Source: Utricularia gibba (Eukaryota > Plantae > Magnoliophyta). From it: a DNA stretch of 64,000 bases. Where the stretch lies: positions 1,426,001-1,490,000 of the forward strand of contig NEEC01000008.1 of the NCBI GenBank assembly GCA_002189035.1, given 5' to 3'. The translations under genes and the position numbers were made by a program. Of this stretch, positions 10,882 to 23,176 are shown in pieces (within the stretch, counting starts at the first letter, position 1; each line of letters starts with the position of its first letter). The notes below the pieces were generated by a model, which saw only the letters and a program-made list of their open reading frames with translations, ran no database searches and was not told the DNA's origin.

Positions 10882-13561
10882 TGCAGGAGGAAGAGAGAGT
10901 CAAGGTTCTTTGACTGAAAACATTCTGGCGTTTCTGTGCTTTTATAGAAGCGTACGCCGGTCCCAATAGGGGTAAATTAGTAATCACCACTTCCGGAATT
11001 TCTTATCTAATTATAGCAATTAGTAATTTAGTATAAGCGAGGATCCAATGCAACACCGGAAACGTGTAGACTTTTATTATAAAATATTAATATATTAGAG
11101 AGTAACATTATTAATTTAAAATTCAATTATTCTCGTCTCACCTCAAATTTAAATATTATATTCCAATATTAACATTTTATTGTTTCCAGTTTTGGAGCTT
11201 AACATAATTCAACGGTCAACATTCCAAATTATTTGTAAATTTAAAATCACGCTTAGGAAATGAATTAATGGAATGGTGAAGGAAGCAACTGTAAGTGGTC
11301 CCCACCGAAGTCGGTAAAAAAGAAAAGAAAAGAAAGAAATAATAATTTAAAATGATGTGGGTGGGGGCGGGTTTATATTCCATGCATTTAATGTGGGTGG
11401 GCGAAAGCACATCATGTACAGTGGACAAATGGGCCAACAGGCCCACTACCCTAAGACCCACCTCCACGAATCATCATCACTCCCCTAGGGACCATCCACC
11501 TTCTTTTACTGCACTACTACTTGCCTACATTTTTTATTTTTATTTTATTTTATTTTTTTGCTACAATCAATATTACGTAAAATGGATCTAAAACTAAAAA
11601 CCCAGTAATAATAAGGTTCAATTCGATGTACCAAACATATATGGTAACCTTGAAAAACAATGAAACTATAACCACTAAATCATGAAGAAGTTGATACTAT
11701 GCTATGTTATTGATTGAATCCTAAATTGGTTACATATGAGGTGAAGTAAAAGTTTATAAAGAGTAACTTTCTTTAATGTTGCATAATATATTTTCTCTAA
11801 AAGAATATGAAATTGTGAAAATTGAATGTTAGAAACATATAATATCATACAAGAAAAATGTAGATCGTTATATTTGATATCATAATTAAATAACAATTTA
11901 TGATGAGACAAACCTCAATGAGAACATTGAGTTTCAAAAGAGAATGGAAAGCATCGATTTAAAGAAAAATATGATAATCTTAGATAAATTTCACATCGGT
12001 TATAGATAGGATAGATGAACAATTTATATAAATGAGTCTTATCTAATTTTACATGAAATATTTTTTTAAAAGGAGTAAACATAAACTTGTAAAAATTATA
12101 TATCCAATGTGAATAATATTATGCAAAGACATAATAGTTATTACATAAATTTATCATTCCAAACGAAGAGCCATTGAACAATTTGGTCATTCGATCTTAT
12201 ATGTATGAAAAATGTGATCATTCATAATATAATAGTGTACAAAATAGAAAGGTCATGAATAAGTTGATGATATGTTTCATTCCCTTGTTATAATCACGTG
12301 GTAATCGCGTTGGGTTTGTTTCTTGTAAAACGAAAGGATTGTCGCACCTTTCCCCATCGGGGCGAGTTGTAATAAGTCGCACCGGTCATTGAGCGTGATC
12401 CCAATTGGACGTGTCCTCTCACTAAGCGCGCCTCTTGACTGCATGATTTTCTAATTGAAACAACTGCATTCCTTCCTTTCCCTTCCAAGCAAACCAAACC
12501 TAACCTAACCATATAGGTTTTGGATGGGACGGGTTCTAAATTGCATAACGCATTGTTCCTTTCTTATTACAAGCTCAATATGCAAATACTCAAAGGGTAA
12601 GCCTCGTCCCAGAAGCTTGTGTTGTGGGAATGAAACGTGGGAAGATGGGATTGGAAGGGAAGTGCAATTGCGTTGCCGGGTCTGGAATGGACACGAGGAA
12701 CCGGGTTGCGAGGGCGTGGGAGGACACGGCCCTGGATGGAATTGATGTCTCAACCACCACGCCAGGCACAAATCACCATCACCACTCACTCTGCTTCCAA
12801 CCATCCCACGTGACCGGTTACAATCACCTCCAAGAATCGGCACGGCAGCCCCCCACCCCCTCCGGCCCAGTTAATCACCCTTTTGGGCTTCCCGAGTAAA
12901 CCTCGAATTAAACTCCGAATAGAAGCCCAGCCCCAGTGAGACCTTTCATGGGCTCCATTGGGTATGACAGGCCCATTAAGGATTGTAATGAAGTTGGTGT
13001 TGAAAGAGGGAAAAGGCAGCCATCACGATATTAGGCTTTGTTTCATTCTATATTTTTTTAAAAATGTTTATTAATTGAGGCCCACGTCACGCTGACACAG
13101 AACTGATACCTTAACGTAACGCCGTTAGGACGTCAAAACAAAACACGCACCCCACAACCTTAACGGGATCAGACTGCGCGCACCGACCACAATGCTATCT
13201 TGTTTTCGTACTACTTATCACCTCATCAAACACGTGCGGAATAAATTAAAAAAACGACAGCTTAATTCGTGGTGAGCTTTGGGATAGTGTTTCAAGTTGC
13301 GAAGAGAGGTGGGACGTGTATAATGATTAGGGTTTTTGTAATAAATTTTTTTAGAAAAAAACGTGTTGATTTAAAGAGAGTCGCTCCAATCCAATGGTCA
13401 GTTGGCTCAACTTGAAATGAATTTTAAATACCAGAAAACAAAGCCGTAATCATTTTTTCCGGTTCCGGCGAGAAGGAAGAACTGGTTTTTTTTTTTAATG
13501 GAAAATAGTACTTCTTCTTCAACATCGGCGGCAGAAGCGGCGGAGTGTAGGAAATTCAAGA

Positions 13562-13933
13562 TTAGAGCCACAAAGCTTTGGCTTGTCTCAACCTGGGGAC
13601 GAGGTCGCCGGAGATATGAGCGCACATCACCTCCTCAACCCCACCGAACATCTCGCCGCCGACAAAAACCATCGGGAGAGGCGGCGGTTGTCCGCCGCCG
13701 CTGATGATCGACAGTTCGAAAGCCACGTCACCCTCCTTCTTCTCGTCAACTTCGGAGATCAAGGGGCTGACGCCGTGTCCTTGTAGCAGCAGCTTCACCA
13801 CGTGGCACATGCAGCACCCCCGCCGTGCGAAGACCACCACCGCATTCTCCGCCACCAGTTTCTCGATCTCCGACGTCCTCCCCGGACCCGCTTCCCCGGC
13901 GGGGTTCGATCGGTAAAACGCTTGCGATTGCAT
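13562..13933 (-). CDS. CC-type glutaredoxin (ROXY; GRXC9/GRX480-like)
   Basis: Active site CCMC, LPMVFVGG and C-terminal ALWL. The likely start is MQSQAF at 13933 (the ORF is open from 13996). Confidence 0.93.
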   Translation of the reverse strand: MQSQAFYRSNPAGEAGPGRTSEIEKLVAENAVVVFARRGCCMCHVVKLLLQGHGVSPLISEVDEKKEGDVAFELSIISGGGQPPPLPMVFVGGEMFGGVEEVMCAHISGDLVPRLRQAKALWL

Positions 13934-14027
13934 GGCCGGCGCGATAGGGAGAAGTGATGAGTTTTGAGAAGCCACACGATTCGGGAAAAGAATCATTTAA
14001 AGACGAGAAGGAAAAGGAGACGATAAA

Positions 14028-14166
14028 ACGTCAACGGCGGAGATGCACGTCACAGCTGCCCGAATGACGCCATGTCCACGTCATGTTGTCACTCTAGATT
14101 CCCCGAAACGACGTCGCATTGAGGAATACGAGGGCCCCACTTGGCTTCACCAGTGAGAGTGACGCG
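14028..14166. promoter_or_regulatory. Cluster of TGACG/ACGT (as-1-like, TGA/bZIP) sites upstream of the glutaredoxin
   Basis: ACGTCA at 14028, CACGTCA at 14046, TGACGCCA-tgt-CCACGTCA at 14065-14083, GACGTC at 14110, TGACG at 14160. Confidence 0.55.
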
Positions 14167-14555
14167 AACGAAGAGTTAGCTGCTGCGTCCGTATACCAAA
14201 ATTAATTAATTAATTCGAATATATCTAAAAACGGGTTGTTGCTCATTTAATTTGGAAGTCGATAGCCTTTGCAGGTCCCCTTTTTATTGTGGGCTACGCG
14301 CGGGGTGTCACGTGCCTCGCATGGGATCAATTTAATGAAATATTATTATTGAATTTTTTTAATGTGGGCGGGTCGGGTATTTACTAAATTAATGCAATGG
14401 GTTGCTATTTTCAGACCTTCATGATTCTAATCCAGAAAGGGCATAATTGAGATTTTCCCTGTTCTTTCTTAAAAGAGGCGAAGGCGATTAATTAAAGACA
14501 CTACTTTATTCGACTGGCGACTGCTCTGGTTAGGCTTATTGAAGAGGACGAACAA

Positions 14556-15678
14556 GTGGGGAGAGGGGGATTGAAGGGGGATGCCCACCGGGCGCCGCCA
14601 GTCCACTCTGAGGAAATGAGTATGTTGAATTTCGCTGTTTCTTGTTTTCTTCGGATCAAAACGTCGTTTGATTCGGTGTGGTATTTACGATTGCAAAATG
14701 TGTGTTGCTTAATCTTTCGTTTTGGTTTCGGTTAGCATGCTGTAATGCTTTCTGGATTGTTGACCCCGTGGCGGGCACCTCCGCTAATTGCCCTCGTACC
14801 TTCAAGAAGGTAAGCTTTTTTCAATGGTTAGTTCTGTGTGTCGTTATTTTTGTTCTCTTTCCTTCGTTTCTTGTTTTTTTTTTTTTTTTTTTTTTTTTTT
14901 GTAGTGAGATGGATTCATTTGGTATCAGGAAGTAGCTGAGGTGGAGGACGAGCCAAAGATAATTGAGGAAGAGTCAGAAGAAGGATCGGAAGTCAGTGAA
15001 TTGGCAATCATGTCTACTCGCACTCTTTTATTTGTTGGTTCAACTGATGGCTCAGCCAGTATTCTTTTTGGAATCTGGTTGACAGAAAGTGAAGGGTGCT
15101 CCAGGAGTCATTGAGATCGACAATCCAAAGGAAAACCAAGAGGTTGAAAGCATGAGATGTTGATGTTAGAACTTGTCTGTACAAGATTCATTTTCAAGAC
15201 GCGAGAGGTTTTGATTGTTTCCTTGTATTGCAGCTGCTTCTTCCTACATTATTTCGGCTAGCTAACAAAAAGCATGCTTTAAGTTGTTCTCCTGCAAGGC
15301 TGGTTTGACTCTTTTCTCTTCTTGTTTTTAGCTCGTGTACAAACTATTTGTTGATGTTAACAGAGAGGAGACTGAGACTACAGGGACAGGGAAAAGCATC
15401 AACAGAGGATTTAGGTAGTACACTTGAGACTTGTTCATCAATCTTCTGTGTATCCAATATCCATCCTGCTGTCGTAACCGTGTACCTGCAGAATAATTGG
15501 CCCTCATATGCCAAGAAAGAGCAGGCACTGCAAAAAAGCGGCAAGAGGAGAAAGCCGGTAATCAGCCACTTTTTGCCACAAATCTCCTTCCTCCACAGGT
15601 GTGTAGTTCTTTACTAGGCTCTGTTTTATTCCTGTTCTTTCCACAGCCAAGGCACAGAAGAAGCTGGAGGCCCGTAAA
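14556..15678 (+). pseudogene. Unprocessed pseudogene of the 28-kDa heat/acid-stable phosphoprotein (PDAP1-like, At5g46020 family)
   Basis: Remnant exons in family order: (V)GRGGLKG/PTGRRQ, AGTSANCPRTFKK, EVAEVEDEPKIIEEESEEGSE, KVKGAPGVIEIDNP/LKA*DVD, ERRLRLQGQGKASTEDL, E*LALICQERAGTAKKRQEEKA, AKAQKKLEARK. Lesions: GTG instead of ATG, frameshifts, TGA at 15153, TAA at 15494. Confidence 0.88.
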
Positions 15679-15790
15679 TGTTGTAGACACCTCTCCAATT
15701 TCATTAATCAATTCATCAAGTTCTATTTCCCAGCTTGACATATCCTGATGACTACTTCTAATGCTGCGGTATTTCAAGTTTAAGTTCATA

Positions 15791-16187
15791 CAAAATCTTG
15801 TTCTCTGATATTTTTAATAGAATATCACTCAGCATGGCTTCAATCTGAACACATAGCACTCCAACTATGCAGGATTTGTGGCAAAATCTTGTTCTCTGAT
15901 GTTTTCAATTGAATATCATTCAGCATGGCTTCAATCTGAACACACAGCACTCCAACTATGCAGGATTTGTGGCAAAATCTTGTTCTCTGATGTTTTCAAT
16001 TGAATATCATTCAGCATGGCTTCAATCTGAACACACAGCACTCCAACTATGCAGGATTTGTGGCAAAATCTTGTTCTCTGATGTTTTCAATTGAATATCA
16101 TTCAGCATGGCTTCAATCTGAACACACAGCACTCCAACTATGCAGGATTTGTGGCAAAATCTTGTTCTCTGATGTTTTCAATTGAAT
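15791..16187. repeat. Tandem array of a 91-bp unit, about 4.4 copies
   Basis: Unit CAAAATCTTGTTCTCTGATG...GCAGGATTTGTGG starts at 15791, 15882, 15973, 16064 and 16155 (partial). Identical ORFs appear at 15909, 16000 and 16091. Copy 1 has 5 substitutions; the others look identical. Confidence 0.97.
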
Positions 16188-17654
16188 GCCGCCACAACCA
16201 CGCCCGCATCTTCGACAAGAACTCCTGTGCACCGAGATTTTCCTCAAGTCCTGCTCCTGATCTCCAAAACTCCTCATTTTAAATGATTTATTTTATATTT
16301 ATTTTGAAATAATAAAAAATGAAATTAAATTAGAAATGATTTTCCTATTTAATATAAAACATATTATTTTCTTAATTTTCGATAAATCTGTGTATACAGT
16401 TTTAATTTATCTTAAATTAAGCTATTTATTTAATTTAAAATTTATAACTAAACTCACGTCTTAAATAAACAAAATTCAGAAACACCATTTAACCAAAAAA
16501 ACAAATTAATGTTTTTATTTAAAAAATTGAATTAGAAAGAAGTAATTACGTGGCACAAAAATGTGGAGATGCATTGAGGGCGGGCAGGTGGGCGTGTTCA
16601 GACAACATGGCGCTCCTCTCCTTTTCACACAACTCCCCCTTGTCTGTCTCAATCTTACACTCTCCACCCTTCGCTTTCTACATCATAATTTCTCTTTTGT
16701 TTAGATCATAGCCACACCTACATTGTAATAGCAACAATAATAATAAAATATTATTATTTATAATTGCAAGAGAATGATATTAAGCACGTGGAACCCCAAA
16801 TTCCCCAATCAAATGCATTTGGTTACATTGCCACCCAAATACAATGAACTCTATCGGACCTTCAATTGATCCCCCTTCCAGATCCAAAAAATAGCTATTT
16901 TATGAATAATAATAATTATTTTAAAATTATTTCAAAATATAATGGTCCCCCAATTAATTGTTTAATATATGTTGGTTTGATAAGATAAAATAATTAATAA
17001 TGTATATAAATATAAATATAAATATTATTAAAATTAAAAATGTATTTAATACACAATTTTACGGACTTGTGTTTAAAGTGATATTAGGTGTTATAGATGT
17101 TGTTTATAATATATGAAAAAAAAAATTTCACTTGATTAAAAAACTTAGGTTGGAAAGAAATTTGAAAAAAATAAATTAATAAAAATATTTATTAATTATT
17201 CTTTTATTTGATAATACAACTACCCACATAATATATAAATAAACACGATTAATGGAGCAAAAGCTGGAGGTTACCCAAACAGATGCTGACATAAATTTGA
17301 TATATGTGTATGTAATTTAACATTTTTTGGAGTTTTATATTTTTTAAATATGTGATTATTATTATTATTAGTAATGAAACGTGTGAAAAAAAGAAACAAA
17401 CTGTAAATGTTCAAATTTTCACTGTGAAATATTTTAAAGTTGTAATCCACGTCAGAGGCTGAGGACCGTTTTTCTTTCGTTTTCTTTTCTCTCTCATCTC
17501 TTCGTTTTGGAACTGTTTTGTTTTCAGAACTATTTCAAGGGGACGAGGAAGGTTTACAGTTAGCAAGAAAGTGATGCGCATTTGTCCGGTTCTTCAACTT
17601 TCCGTTCTGCGGTAAAGGGGGGAAAAAAGAACAAGTCATCGTCACCTACGCATA

Positions 17655-20011
17655 GTGATGGTGGCTGGGAAAGTGAAGATGGCGATGGGATTACAGAGGT
17701 CGCCGTTGACGGCGAAGTTGAATGCCGAAATGGGTTCCTCGAAAGAGACTCTTTCTGCGAAGCCCAAATCGGAGAAGAAGGGATCCGGAGGTGGAGCTGC
17801 TTTTTCTCGGCGGTTTGGGGTTCACTTCCCTCGGTCTTTATCGCAGGTGCAGCCACGGCCGCCGGATAACGTTGCCGAGCTTCTGCGAGTCATGGAGGAG
17901 CTCCGGGAGAGGGAATCGAGGTTGAAGACGGAGCTTCTGGAGCAGAAATTACTGACGGAATCGGCCGCCATTGTTCCGGTTCTTGAGATTGAGATATCAA
18001 ACATGGAATCGGAGATCGCGAGGAATAAGAAGAAATTGGAGTGTTTGGAAACGGAGAATGAGCGTTTCCGGCGGGAGAACGAGTTATTACACATGGAGTT
18101 GTCCAAATTGAACTCGCAATACCAAGAGAGCATCAGGTGTATGCAATCTGAGTTATCGGAAATTAAAAGAGCAGTTGTTGACAGAGAACAAGAAAAAGAG
18201 GAGGAAGCTTCGTCTTCTTCAGTAACACAGATCAGTAAATCCATCTTTTCTGCTGCCAAGTGTTCCAGGAAATTCGTCACCCAAAACACGGCCGCCAGAA
18301 ATCTACAGGAAAATGAAAGTGTCGCCGTGAAGAATGAAGCTGAGGTAAAAAACGAGGATCCCATTGTTCCGGCGAAAATTCCGGAGGCTTTAGTGGAGAT
18401 GAAGTCACGCGCTCCTCGTGTCCCACGTCCGCCGCCGAGGCCATCTGCGTCGAGCATCTCATCCATTTCTTCTTCCTCTTCTTCATCTCTTTTATCCTCA
18501 GCTTCTTCTTCATCCAACTCCCCTGAAGTCTCCAGCATTCCACCGTGTCCGCTACTTCCCCCTCCACCCCCGCCTTTCGCTAAGGCATCAGCCCCACCAC
18601 CACCGCCGCCTCCTGCGAATGCGGCTTCCGCCCCACCTCCGCCACCGCCTCCTCCCAAGGGCTCCAATAAGAACCAAGCCAAGGTCAGAAGAGTTCCCGA
18701 AGTCGTCGAGTTTTACCATTCATTAATGAAAAGGGATAGCAGTTTCCGGAGGGACAACAATGGAAGCAGCGCCGCATCCGATGCTCCGGCCGCAGGAGCC
18801 GTAGCCAAGGATATGATCGGAGAAATTGAGAACCGCTCTGCGTATTTACTGGCGGTAAGTCGGCATTTTTCACCTACTGGATGTCTCCATGCAGTTGTCT
18901 CTCTCTCTCAGCTCACACTCATTTCAAATCTTCACCTTTTACACTAAATATTCTAATTATCAACTCATCTTCTTCCCGCTGTTAATGTCTACAGATCAAA
19001 AAAGATGTAGAAACTCAGGGAGAATTCATCAAGTTCTTGATCAAAGAAGTTGAAGGTGCGGCATTTGAGGACATCGAAGACGTCATTCCCTTCGTGAAAT
19101 GGCTGGATGATGAACTCTCTTTTCTGGTAACACTTCTCGAAACTGCGCAGCTGCTGCAACGTGCTACTCACATTCATGCTCTGGTGGTGTCGTCAAGGTC
19201 GATGAGAGAGCTGTGCTGAAGCACTTCGATTGGCCGGAGCAGAAGGCGGATGCCCTGAGAGAAGCTGCATTCGGCTACTGTGATCTGAAGAAACTGGAAT
19301 CGGAGGCGTGGTCGTTCCGCGACGATCCTCGACAGCCTTGTGGGCAAGCTCTCAAGAAAATGCACTCCCTGTTTGAGAAGTAATGCTAGTTCCCACCTGA
19401 AACAGGTAGCAGAAGATGGTCTGGTAATCCGATAATCTAAGCTTTCTTGCTTGTTCGTGCCCTCTCAGATTGGAGCATGGCGTCTATAACTTGTCTAGAA
19501 TGAGAGAACTGGCATCGAGACGATACCGGTTGTTCCAAATACCAATGAACTGGATGCTGGATGTAACCCAGGTAAAAGAACAGATCTTTGCTACAGGGGC
19601 ACCTCTGAGACAATGGCTTCTGTGGTCACACTACTTGCTTCAACGCAGATCAAGCTGGCATCAGTGAAGCTGGGGATGAAGTACATGAAACGTGTGTCTG
19701 CGGAGCTTGGACTGATGGGAGGCGGAGGTCCCGAAGAGGACGAGCTCATTGTGCAAGCCGTGAAGTTCGCCTTTCGTGTCCATCAGGTAGGCTACAAGCA
19801 TCATTGGAACCAATGTGGGCCGTGCTTCAGATCAGAGGTCATCTGGTGAGGCTATTGTATTCATTCGGGTTGTCTGCTCCTGCAGTTTGCCGGCGGATTC
19901 GATCTCGAGACAATGAAGGCGTTTCTGGAGCTGAAGGATAAAGCTCAATCCTACCAGCAGCAGGAGGAGGAGCAGAAATCTGTTGTTAGGTCCTCGGCCT
20001 GCGCTTGCTGA
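17655..20011 (+). CDS. IPGA1: IPGA1 / CHUP1-like microtubule-associated protein. Exons 17655-18854, 18995-19126, 19198-19379, 19469-19571, 19649-19786, 19886-20011
   Basis: MVAGKVK N-terminus, a coiled coil, a poly-Pro tract, VRRVPEVVEFYHSLMKR, MIGEIENRS and FDWPEQKADALREAA...HQFAGGFD (CHUP1 C-terminal domain). Introns are GT-AG. Confidence 0.9.
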
Positions 20012-20336
20012 TTAATCTGCTCCTTTTTTTTGTAAAACGGCATGTGAATAACTCTCATTCATGAGATGAAGAGCAACAATACATCAGCATCAAGCTCATT
20101 CATCTGATCACGATGGGTCAGGCCAGATCCAGAAAGTTCCGATCAAAGCGGACTTTCCGGGAAGACACTATCAAAAAAGGGACTTTGTTTATGGGGCGGA
20201 GAGGAAATTTTGATCCCTGGAGAAGAACACAGACCTCAAACAAATAACCGCCAACCCATATAAATGAACATTCCCCTTCGCTTACAGGTTCTGCAGCATA
20301 TTCAATTGGGTAACTTTAGAAGGAAACTGACCTCGA

Positions 20337-20947
20337 ATGGCGAATCTTCCGATTCTCGTAGCCGGAGCTCTGTCCCTAATCTCCCTCATTGTTACCGTGG
20401 AATGTACGGTTCCCCATTTCATCGTCGAGGGACAGGTCTACTGCGAAGTTTGCCGTGTTAATTTCATCAACAAGCTCAGCGAGCCCATGCCAGGTACCCA
20501 CAATCTCCGAACCGAATCGATTTATCATTGATCGAAATTGGGTCTCCACCCAGTTAGATCCAAATCCATCAAATCGCCTTCAATTTGAACATGATCCCAG
20601 GCGCGACGGTGCAGTTGCAATGCCGCGGAGAGGAACAAGGGAACGTTACGTACACCATCGAAGGGACGACGGACGCGCGCGGATGGTACAGTTTGAAGGC
20701 GGAGGGGGATCACGAGGACGAGGAATGCGAAGTGACCCTGGTGAAGAGCAGCCGCCCTGAATGCGCCGAGATTCCGAACGAGGGATGGGCGTTGGAGCCG
20801 TCGTCAAGGATCACGATCACGCAGAACAACGGGTTCCACGACGAGATCCGGCAGGCAAATCCGCTCGGATTCACCACGAAGCAGCGCCATCAGGGATGCG
20901 TTGGGCTGTTCAAGGAACTCCAAATCGATCCCAATCATCTCCTCTAG
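20337..20947 (+). CDS. Pollen Ole e 1 / LAT52-like secreted protein. Exons 20337-20493 and 20601-20947
   Basis: Signal peptide, FIVEGQVYCEVCR (close to the EGxVYCDxCR signature), GATVQLQC, DHEDEECEVTLVKS and ANPLGF. Confidence 0.92.
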
Positions 20948-21129
20948 GAGCTGCGCATTCTCCATTGTTACTGCAGTTAAGGTCGGGGTGATATTTATTT
21001 AATAAATTGGAAAAAAAATTCTTTTTCTTTTTCTTTTTTCCCAGATAAAAATTGTATGAGTTTACAGCCCAGAAATAGCAACATTTTAGAATGATTTTCA
21101 GAAAAAAAAAACGGCACGATTAATTTGTC

Positions 21130-21573
21130 CTAATTTTCACACGCCGGCGACTCCCTGATGACCTCGAGCTGCGGCCGCCACTCCGATACAGAGCGGCGCC
21201 TACGGTCGACGGGCAGTGCCGATTTCCCCGACAGATCGGGTACGAGGAAATTTTCCGACCCGCATCTATTTTCTCTCCGGCTCTTCTTCCGTGGCGGCTG
21301 CGCCACCGGAATGAGGAAGTAAAGCCTGCCCCGTTTCAGCACCGATTCCGGGGGAACCACTTCGACCCGGGGGCGATGGTCCTTATCCAGAGACGAGGAA
21401 TTGAGCCTCTTGAGGACGTGTTTGGGGTAGAGCTTCATGATCTCCGACGCCGTGACACCGCCGGAGATCTCCTCCACCCGGCCGTCAGCATGAACTATTC
21501 TGGCAACGTCGAGGGCGCCGCATGGAAGAATGCAAGATATAAAGCATCTGAAGCAATCCTTCAACGCCGCCAT
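21130..21573 (-). CDS. DUF4228 (PADRE) protein, intronless
   Basis: CFISCILPCGALDVARIVHADGRVEEI...ASEIMKLYPKHVL...PPESVLKRGRLYFLIP...WRPQLEVIRE. Confidence 0.9.
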   Translation of the reverse strand: MAALKDCFRCFISCILPCGALDVARIVHADGRVEEISGGVTASEIMKLYPKHVLKRLNSSSLDKDHRPRVEVVPPESVLKRGRLYFLIPVAQPPRKKSRRENRCGSENFLVPDLSGKSALPVDRRRRSVSEWRPQLEVIRESPACEN

Positions 21574-23176
21574 TGAAATCGAAACTCTCTCTCCAGCTTT
21601 CTCTGCTCTATCAGAAATGAGAAATCACACCCAAACTTCTCCCCCCCACCCTTTTAGAAGAAAGACGAGTCGCCTCCATCTGCCACGTCGGAAAATAATA
21701 ATAAAAAAGTTAGATCCCACTCCCCGTATAACACCAATTAAACAAATAAAATCCATATCATTCCAATTAGTAACAACAAAAACAGCCTTAAAAAATTATA
21801 TTCTAAATTTCATACATGAAATCCCGATTTGGAAATTGCTATTATGCCCTAAACCCTAAGTTAAAAATTGATTATATGGAATGAGCACGTGGGAATCGGA
21901 ACACTGGGGAGGGCTTCTTCTTCCTTGTTCCACACGCCCGCGGCGGCCGACTCGGCAGAGTTGAACGGAATTGGACGTCAACCTTATGACCAAATCCCTT
22001 GTGTGCCCGTCTAACCCATGCTTACACGTCTCCACTGCATCTCTCTCTTTCTCTCTGTCTGTGCTGATTCAATAATGGGACTGGGTTGGGGGCCGCGGCA
22101 GGATGCTGCTTTCGGGTGGGGTTTACGACTCCCATAATGCGATCACAAAGCTGTGGAGGAGAGCCTCTCGATGGATCAAATGATTCCCATAAAGCTTTCA
22201 TATCTCACCCTCTTCCCTTTGGCGCTGCACCAACTTGGGGACTCCTGCCGAGGACAACAAACCCCAGGACTTCAACTGCTCTGTTACAATACTAGAACAG
22301 TGAGATAATTGGAATTATATATAATATTTAATATTAGGCTATTTTCTTAGCTATATCACTATGTATTATATCGATATAAATTTATGATTGAAGTTATAAA
22401 AATAAGGAGTAGTGTTGATGTGAATAATTTTATGCTTTATAAAAAGGAAAAAAATATTTTGGAAAAATTTAATTTCGATTAACCAATATGTTATTATTAT
22501 AGATGTTAGTATATCCCATTTTATACTTATCACCAAACACGACATTACAGAATAGAATTATGATTATCTAAATAATATATGTATAACTAGCATAATTTTA
22601 TTTATATATATTAATTAATCAAATAACAATAAATATGTAAATTTAGTATAAACCATTCATAATTTCTTTAAACTGTTGTTATTAAACTCTTTTGAAATCA
22701 AAATTTAGAAGGGATTATTACTTTTGAGACTCTACGGATATACTTTTCAAGTAATTCGTGGGATGTTGCAAAATTCAAAATGCTCCTATGCATGTTACGT
22801 GGAACTGGCGTTTGCAGTTTGCAGCATGTACCAGGAAGCGCAACAAAGCATTCCGGGGGTGAAAGAGGTACCAAAATGGTTCACTCATACTTGGGAAGCC
22901 GTACAGTGTAGGATGTGGGAGGTACAAGAGCAGCATCAAGGAAGAGAAGCTTTTTCTGGGAAGTCCTGTGACGGGGGCTCCATGCTCCATCAAGAGTGTA
23001 AAAGATGAGAATGAGCTTTGCTTCTTGGGGAGAGCTCAGTGGGGGCAAAACTCCATGCGCCTGAGAAGGACCGGGCATGTTTGGGTCCAAGATTTCAAAA
23101 CACTCACGAAATCCAAGAGCCGAACATGCGTGGGTATGTCAAAAAGGCTTAGGCACGAATCCCTTCCCCCTTCGGT

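Noticed and set aside
15791-16187. CRISPR-like array, and the repeated 61-63 aa ORFs (MNIIQHGF...)
   Set aside because: The units are contiguous with no variable spacers, the genome is eukaryotic, and the ORFs are by-products of the 91-bp period.
17822-18682. 286-aa Gly-rich minus-strand ORF
   Set aside because: It is the antisense of the poly-Pro/Ser exon of the IPGA1-like gene.
19995-20011. C-terminal CAC of the IPGA1-like protein as a prenylation signal
   Set aside because: It is not a CaaX (no Cys at position -4), and CXC prenylation is Rab-specific.
22083-22265. Partial inverted repeat (CGGCAGGA / TCCTGCCG) as a miRNA precursor
   Set aside because: Only about 8-12 bp pair, and no known mature miRNA is recognisable.
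22700-23170. Short ORFs on both strands downstream of the BIN2-like gene
   Set aside because: No recognisable motifs; best explained as the kinase 3' UTR.
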